A DNA stretch of 63,426 nt, filler included, from Saprolegnia diclina VS20 (Eukaryota): the NCBI RefSeq assembly GCF_000281045.1. It is 8 parts of 7 records of this genome, joined end to end, with 100 filler letters (N's around TTAATTAATTAA, not from the genome) between each part and the next. Parts side by side here need not be neighbours in the genome. Positions count along the whole stretch, not along the records: positions 56,511 to 58,827 come from NW_008246224.1; positions 58,928 to 60,256 come from NW_008246226.1; positions 60,357 to 62,115 come from NW_008246227.1; positions 62,216 to 63,426 come from NW_008246231.1; 4 more parts are not named here. The stretch is one strand, 5' to 3'. Positions 58,208 through 63,426 of this stretch are shown piece by piece. Every line of letters starts with the position of its first letter. The stretch's first letter is position 1. The notes below the pieces were generated by a model, which was not told where the DNA came from, did no database searches, and saw only the letters and a list, made by a program, of their open reading frames with translations. The translations under genes and the position numbers were made by a program.

Positions 58208-58927
58208 GTGTCTTGCCCGCGTTGAAAATGCGGGCGAAACCAAAATGGCACATGCCACATTTAAGCATGCAAGAAACGTGAGTTGCTCTCTGCGCCATTG
58301 CTGTATCTACGTAGATCAACAGTAAGTCACAAGCAACTATAGGTATGTACCTTAGGGTGCGTTCGGTTCGTCCAAAGCACGTGCTTTTCACGTACTTCGA
58401 GGCCATCCACGTAACTTCGAAAAAAATATGTTACGCGGGGCATTCGGTTCAAATCCGCGTAACTTGGCGTACTTTGCCGCTAAAGCACGTATTTTCAAAA
58501 AACGCCTCGGCCGGCCAGCCGACACAAACCAGCGGCGAACGTTGGGATGCTTTGGGATATATCCTGCCCTCGATCGGAAAAACCTAATTTGAGTCCTTTT
58601 TTCACAGATCCCTGATTTGATTTCCAGCAGCGACATGGCCGCGACCATGACCGCAGCGCGCCAAGTCGACACGCTTGGAAGGACCAGGGAGCGCATGCCG
58701 CCGCGGACGACGGGCGCGCTAGGTTAGATTAGTGATGCTAACAGTACACACGCAGAGCGCGTCGTGTTGCTTGCTCATCGACTCGACAAGCGTTCTCTCC
58801 GAGGTCGAGCGCCCGCTACCTCGTCGCNNNNNNNNNNNNNNNNNNNNNNNNNNNNNNNNNNNNNNNNNNNNTTAATTAATTAANNNNNNNNNNNNNNNNN
58901 NNNNNNNNNNNNNNNNNNNNNNNNNNN

Positions 58928-60256
58928 TCGGTGGGAGCATCGGTGACCTCATCGGACTCGGTCGCAGCCGTCGTCGGGGCATCCGTAGCGTCTTCGGCAG
59001 GTGCGTCCGTGGGAGCGACAGTGACTTCGTCCGACTCCGTGGACGCCGTTGTCGGCGCATCAGTGGTGTCTTCGTTCTCGGTGGGAGCGTCGGTCGGCTT
59101 GTCGGTGACCTCATCGGACTCGGTCGAGGCCGTCGTCGGGGCGTCGGTGGCTTCGGCAGGAGCATCGGTCGGAGCGTCAGTAGGAGCGTCCGTGCGGGTG
59201 TCGGCGGGCGCCGAGTCTTCGTTGGCCTCCGTGGGGGCATCCGTCGTCGGGGCGTCGGTGGTGGCATCGGTGGCGGCGTCGGTCGGAGCGTCCGTGACCT
59301 CATCGGACTCGGTTCCAGCCGTCGTCGGGGCGTCGGTGACATCTTCACCATCGGTGGGAGCGTCAGTCGGCTCGTTGGTGACCTCGTCGACCTCGGTCGA
59401 GGCCGTCGTCGGCGCATCAGTGGCATCTTCGACCGGGGCGTCCGTCGGCTTCTCGGTAACCTCATCCGACTCCGTGGAGGCCGTCGTCGGCGCATCCGTG
59501 GCATCTTCAGCGGGGGTGTCGNNNNNNNNNNNNNNNNNNNNNNNNNNNNNNNNNNNNNNNNNNNNNNNNNNNNNNNNNNNNNNNNNNNNNNNNNNNNNNN
59601 NNNNNNNNNNNNNNNNNNNNNCCATTGCCGAGGTCCGAGCACTCGGTGTCATCGGTGAGCGTGCACGTCTTCGAGATCGGATCGTAGGACGGAATGCCCG
59701 GAACGCAGTCGGCGGTGGCGGTTGCGGATGCCAAGGGGCAAGTGCCGGTCTTGGACGAGCCCGAGCACGCGTTGCCCTTGATGCAGTACGTGGCGTCCCC
59801 AAGAACACTCACTTCGGTATCGGTGCACGTGAAATTGCCCGACTCGGTGCTTGCGCTTGCGGTCGTCGGCGTAGGGGTCGCCAACTCGAGTACGCAGCCA
59901 AAGGCGCCGTTGCCAAGGTCCGTGCACGTTGCGTCGGCCGGCAGCGAGCATGTTTGCGTCGACGGATCAAAGGACGCAATGCCCGGCACGCAGTCTGCAA
60001 TGGGCGCAGAGCTCGCCAAGGGGCAGACACCAGCCTTGGACGAGCCCGAGCACGCGCTGCCCTTGACGCAGTACGTGGCGTCGCCGAGGACACTCACTTC
60101 GGTCCCCACGCACTTGGGCGTGCGCTTGGCACTCTTCACCTGCGTCTTGCCGATCTTGTGCGCCTTCTTGACGCTGGCGTGCATGGCGTGCTGCGCATGG
60201 GCACCTCGCCCGTGCTGGGTCGTCATGCGGCCGCCGATGGGCGCCGCGTCGGCGTG
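58928..60256 (-). CDS. Mucin-like protein, probably secreted (oomycete acidic-repeat type): two Cys-rich modules then TDAP-type repeats; both ends lie in gaps
   Basis: TEVSVLGDATYC.KG.ACSGSSK.G.CP x2, followed by ~25-aa repeats TDAPTTASTESDEVT...PTDAP. Confidence 0.8.
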
Positions 60257-60501
60257 NNNNNNNNNNNNNNNNNNNNNNNNNNNNNNNNNNNNNNNNNNNN
60301 TTAATTAATTAANNNNNNNNNNNNNNNNNNNNNNNNNNNNNNNNNNNNNNNNNNNNCCGAGAAGCGTATCAAGGTTGCTCGCATCAACGACATACAAGGT
60401 AGTTGTGCAGTCTCTCTTTGCGTGTGCGGCACTTTGTCATGTGACTAGTGGTGACACCGACGACGGTGACGGCGCCAGCTAAGGTCGCGCCGCACGCGTC
60501 G

Positions 60502-61845
60502 ATGAAGCGCCACCGCAGCTCGGTCTCATCCGACACGATCGTACCGTCACCGTGCCCCATCGTGCGCATTCGCGACAAGCCGTGGCTCTCGATCACGCAA
60601 TCCCAAGACTCGGCCGTTGACAACATGCAAGACTTGTACAAGTACAGCATCGACGTGCTTTTACACAACATTTACATCGGCGGCGCGCAAGAAAACATCG
60701 CTGTCTTTCTTCTGCAATGCTACAAGGCGCGGTACTGGCATCTCAGCAAAGTCGTCTTCTTGCACGTCCTCGCCGCCCTCTGCGCGTCGTCGGAAGCCAA
60801 GCTTGTCATTGACGCCGTCCACACGGTCCATAGTACGTGCATCAGCGCCGTTTTACCACCGAGCTTGTGGCTCCGAAACCCGCAAACCTTTTACCAGCTC
60901 GTACTGGGTCTGCGGCAGCCCTCTCTTATCACTGTCACCAAATGTGCGCACGTGGTGGCCGAGATTCTGACCGCGGCGACAACCGAGGCGAACGCGAACG
61001 CGACAGAAATGTTGTCGCAAGACGCGATTGCGACGATCCACGCTGCGTTCTGGCTCTGGCACAGCAGCTACAAGTTGAGCTTGTCGCTCGAGCGTATTTG
61101 CATGTCGCTCCACGCACTGGAAGCGCAAGCGCAGCGGAAGCGCGGGGGCACCATGGACAAGTCGGCGCGCCAAACGTTTCTCAACCGCGTACGAGGCCAC
61201 GGCACGTACCTCTCGACGAGCATTCGAACGCTTGTCGTGCTCTCAAAACACTCGTCCAAGTCCAAGATGTCGCATCGCGGCAGCGCGGTGGGCCCAAAAG
61301 AGCCACATGAAGCGCAGAATGCGACCAACAATCTGCCGCTGGAGAGAAGCCTAGTGCTGCCGCCGACCGTTCCAGAGGCAGCGCCGGCCATGCACCGTGT
61401 TCGAACCAAAAGGTCAATCCTTCAAGTCATCAAGCGAAGCCGTGTGCTCCCAGAGGCGCCACGTATTTCAATGGTGGCACGGAGCAAAGGACTCACCTTT
61501 GTCACGCCGGCGATCCTCGCCGAGATCGAGCGGCGCCAGGCACTCCGGAGCCAGTTTGAGAGCGCGCTCTCGCGGGCCATGGATGCTTGCCGCGTCGACG
61601 CCCGGCGCGGCCCGGCGTCCACCGATGTGCCGCGGTTCCACATGAGCCAGCGCAGCGAATTTCTCGTCTCGATCGTGACCAAGCTCTACTTGGGCGCGGG
61701 CGAGTGCGCGATGGTCGAGTTCGCCGCGACCGCACTCGACCCCGAGCTCCAATCCTACTTTCGGGAATACGTGTTGCCGCTCATTGTACAACTTCAATTG
61801 CCGCAAAGCAGCCTGTGGCGCCGACTACGAAGTATATGGCGATAA
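60502..61845 (+). CDS. Hypothetical protein; start uncertain, may extend into the gap
   Basis: Long intronless ORF (465 aa in the track) with a helical N-terminal half; no motif recognised. Confidence 0.6.
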   Translation: MKRHRSSVSSDTIVPSPCPIVRIRDKPWLSITQSQDSAVDNMQDLYKYSIDVLLHNIYIGGAQENIAVFLLQCYKARYWHLSKVVFLHVLAALCASSEAKLVIDAVHTVHSTCISAVLPPSLWLRNPQTFYQLVLGLRQPSLITVTKCAHVVAEILTAATTEANANATEMLSQDAIATIHAAFWLWHSSYKLSLSLERICMSLHALEAQAQRKRGGTMDKSARQTFLNRVRGHGTYLSTSIRTLVVLSKHSSKSKMSHRGSAVGPKEPHEAQNATNNLPLERSLVLPPTVPEAAPAMHRVRTKRSILQVIKRSRVLPEAPRISMVARSKGLTFVTPAILAEIERRQALRSQFESALSRAMDACRVDARRGPASTDVPRFHMSQRSEFLVSIVTKLYLGAGECAMVEFAATALDPELQSYFREYVLPLIVQLQLPQSSLWRRLRSIWR

Positions 61846-62215
61846 ATAAAACGAATCCGATTCATACACGTTACTTGGACGTCCGTCCGTTAAGCTTTCT
61901 GTCCATTGTGCAAGTCGGAGAGTCCCGAGACGGAAACGTTTTGTCTCTCCTGAGCTGTGCAAAATTTCCACAAACTGTCCAATTACGTGTCCATCCTGTC
62001 CAAAGCTGGACTCGAATCACATTCGCCGGCGGCCAGCCTTGAACTGCACGTGGATGAGACATACTAAAGTCTAGAGTATCCCCCAGGTGCCAGACAAGAG
62101 TGGCGGCTTGCTCATNNNNNNNNNNNNNNNNNNNNNNNNNNNNNNNNNNNNNNNNNNNNTTAATTAATTAANNNNNNNNNNNNNNNNNNNNNNNNNNNNN
62201 NNNNNNNNNNNNNNN

Positions 62216-62861
62216 TCCAGGCCAGCATGACCTCGTGCATCAGGTCGTCGAGGTCAAGAATGAAGCATGTGCACTGGAACTTCTCGTCTTCGATACGCGC
62301 CAGGAGCGCTGCGCGGGCTGCGTCAGCAGCACTGACCGGCGCGACAAAGGTCGTCATGTCGAACGGCGGCATCGGCGTCTCCGCCCACACGTCGGCGTCG
62401 TCATCGGCGTCGTCGGTGGCGAGGGCCTCAAAGGCGTTGGCCAAGTTGATCTCACCGCTAGTTGCATCGACGGAAGTGGGCGTCTTGACCGGAGCGGGCG
62501 TCTTGATGGGCACCAGCGGCGTCCACTGGACCTCGATCGCGCGAAGCGTGTTGAGGACATGCGTATGGCCGGCGTCGGGAGCCATTTTGAGAGAGTACTG
62601 GTGGCGCAGGCGGATGGCTGTCCCGAGCTTGCGCAGGATGGCAGCGGGCACGGGCAAGGCAGCCTCGACGACCTCGAGCGCAGCGGCGTAGATCTGCGAG
62701 ACCGACCACTCGGTGACGTCGGCCGACCGCGCGCCGTGCTTCTTGACCTTGCGCTTGGCGTTCTTAGTCTTGGGCTTGGTCGCTCGGTGGAGCCACTCGA
62801 AGACGGCGTTGGTCGTCGCCTTGTAGCGGTGGTAGCGCCCACACGCACCGTCGCTTGGCAT
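62216..62861 (-). CDS. DUF6604-like protein, N-terminal part; truncated by the gap
   Basis: Y.RYKATT..VFEWL, VPAAILRKLGTAIRLR, DAGHTHVLNTL, NAFEAL. Confidence 0.7.
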
Positions 62862-63373
62862 GCTGATGTGAGATTGCCATTCAGGTCGAACCGCAAAAAT
62901 TGGATCTTCCGGTTAGGCTGGGACAAAGGTATTTTTCCCAGTCACGGACCAACAACAGGAGAACTCTTGTGTCAATTCGGCCAACCCATTGCTATAAATG
63001 AAGCCAATTCCTCCCGTGGGATGCTGGTGCCTCACTAAACGTTCCTATCAGGAATGGTCGACTGTACAGTGTTGTCTGGTGCCATTGTAGACGTTAGAGA
63101 GCGATCCATCGGAATCTTTCGTACAATGTGCGAATTGAAGCATTGTTCGTCTCTGTTTAGGCATGACGGATAGCTGAGGGCTAGCAGGTAGTGGCTCCCT
63201 GGCGTAGCGACTACGTAGTTTTTGCGCTGTGATGCAGTATGTAACGAGACGAGCAATCATCTTGATGTGCAGTGCGAGATCCAACTTGTGTGACTGGGAA
63301 AAATACCTTTGTCCCAGCCTAACCGGAAGATCCAATTTTTGCGGTTCGACCTGAATGGCAATCTCACATCAGC

Positions 63374-63426
63374 ATGCCAAGCGACGGTGCGTGTGGGCGC
63401 TACCACCGCTACAAGGCGACGACCAA
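63374..63426 (+). CDS. Start of an identical, divergently oriented second copy of the DUF6604-like gene
   Basis: ATGCCAAGCGACGGT... gives MPSDGACGRYHRYKATT, identical to the N-terminus of the 62861 gene. Confidence 0.7.
   Translation, partial: MPSDGACGRYHRYKATT

Noticed and set aside
26010..62171. Recurrent TTAATTAATTAA palindromes as biological sites, and gene neighbourhoods across them
   Set aside because: Always centred in N-runs of uniform size, so an artificial contig linker. Adjacency across them is not evidence of linkage.

Overview
Eukaryotic, GC-rich genomic DNA with compact genes and short (~40-65 nt) GT-AG introns. Gene content and intron style point to an oomycete, most likely Saprolegniaceae (inference). 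From about 25966 on, N-runs carrying the artificial linker TTAATTAATTAA join separate contigs, so gene order across those joins is not biological. Host genes: a tandem cluster of four SLC1/DAACS amino-acid transporters, a Kizuna-like coiled-coil protein, an OB/CCCH/methyltransferase protein, NOC3, a tetraspanin plus a deleted copy, a S28 prolylcarboxypeptidase, FYVE-PH, transportin-1, a Myb/SANT protein, UFSP2, Frag1/DRAM, RING-CXC, PH, HDAC, sphingosine kinase, PEX11, a mucin-like protein and a DUF6604-like protein. The most notable items are: (1) a Crypton-like tyrosine recombinase preceded by four exactly 31-bp-phased units with a palindromic core, forming a 69-bp hairpin next to a TATGG; (2) a complete 1290-bp foldback element with 532-bp TIRs, a 9-bp TSD and an internal end-to-end junction palindrome; (3) SLC1 paralogs whose substrate and Na+ site residues are systematically changed; (4) a recurrent TATCCGGA motif upstream of many genes; (5) a perfect head-to-head gene duplication at the right edge. 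Exon boundaries were read by eye and are approximate unless stated.
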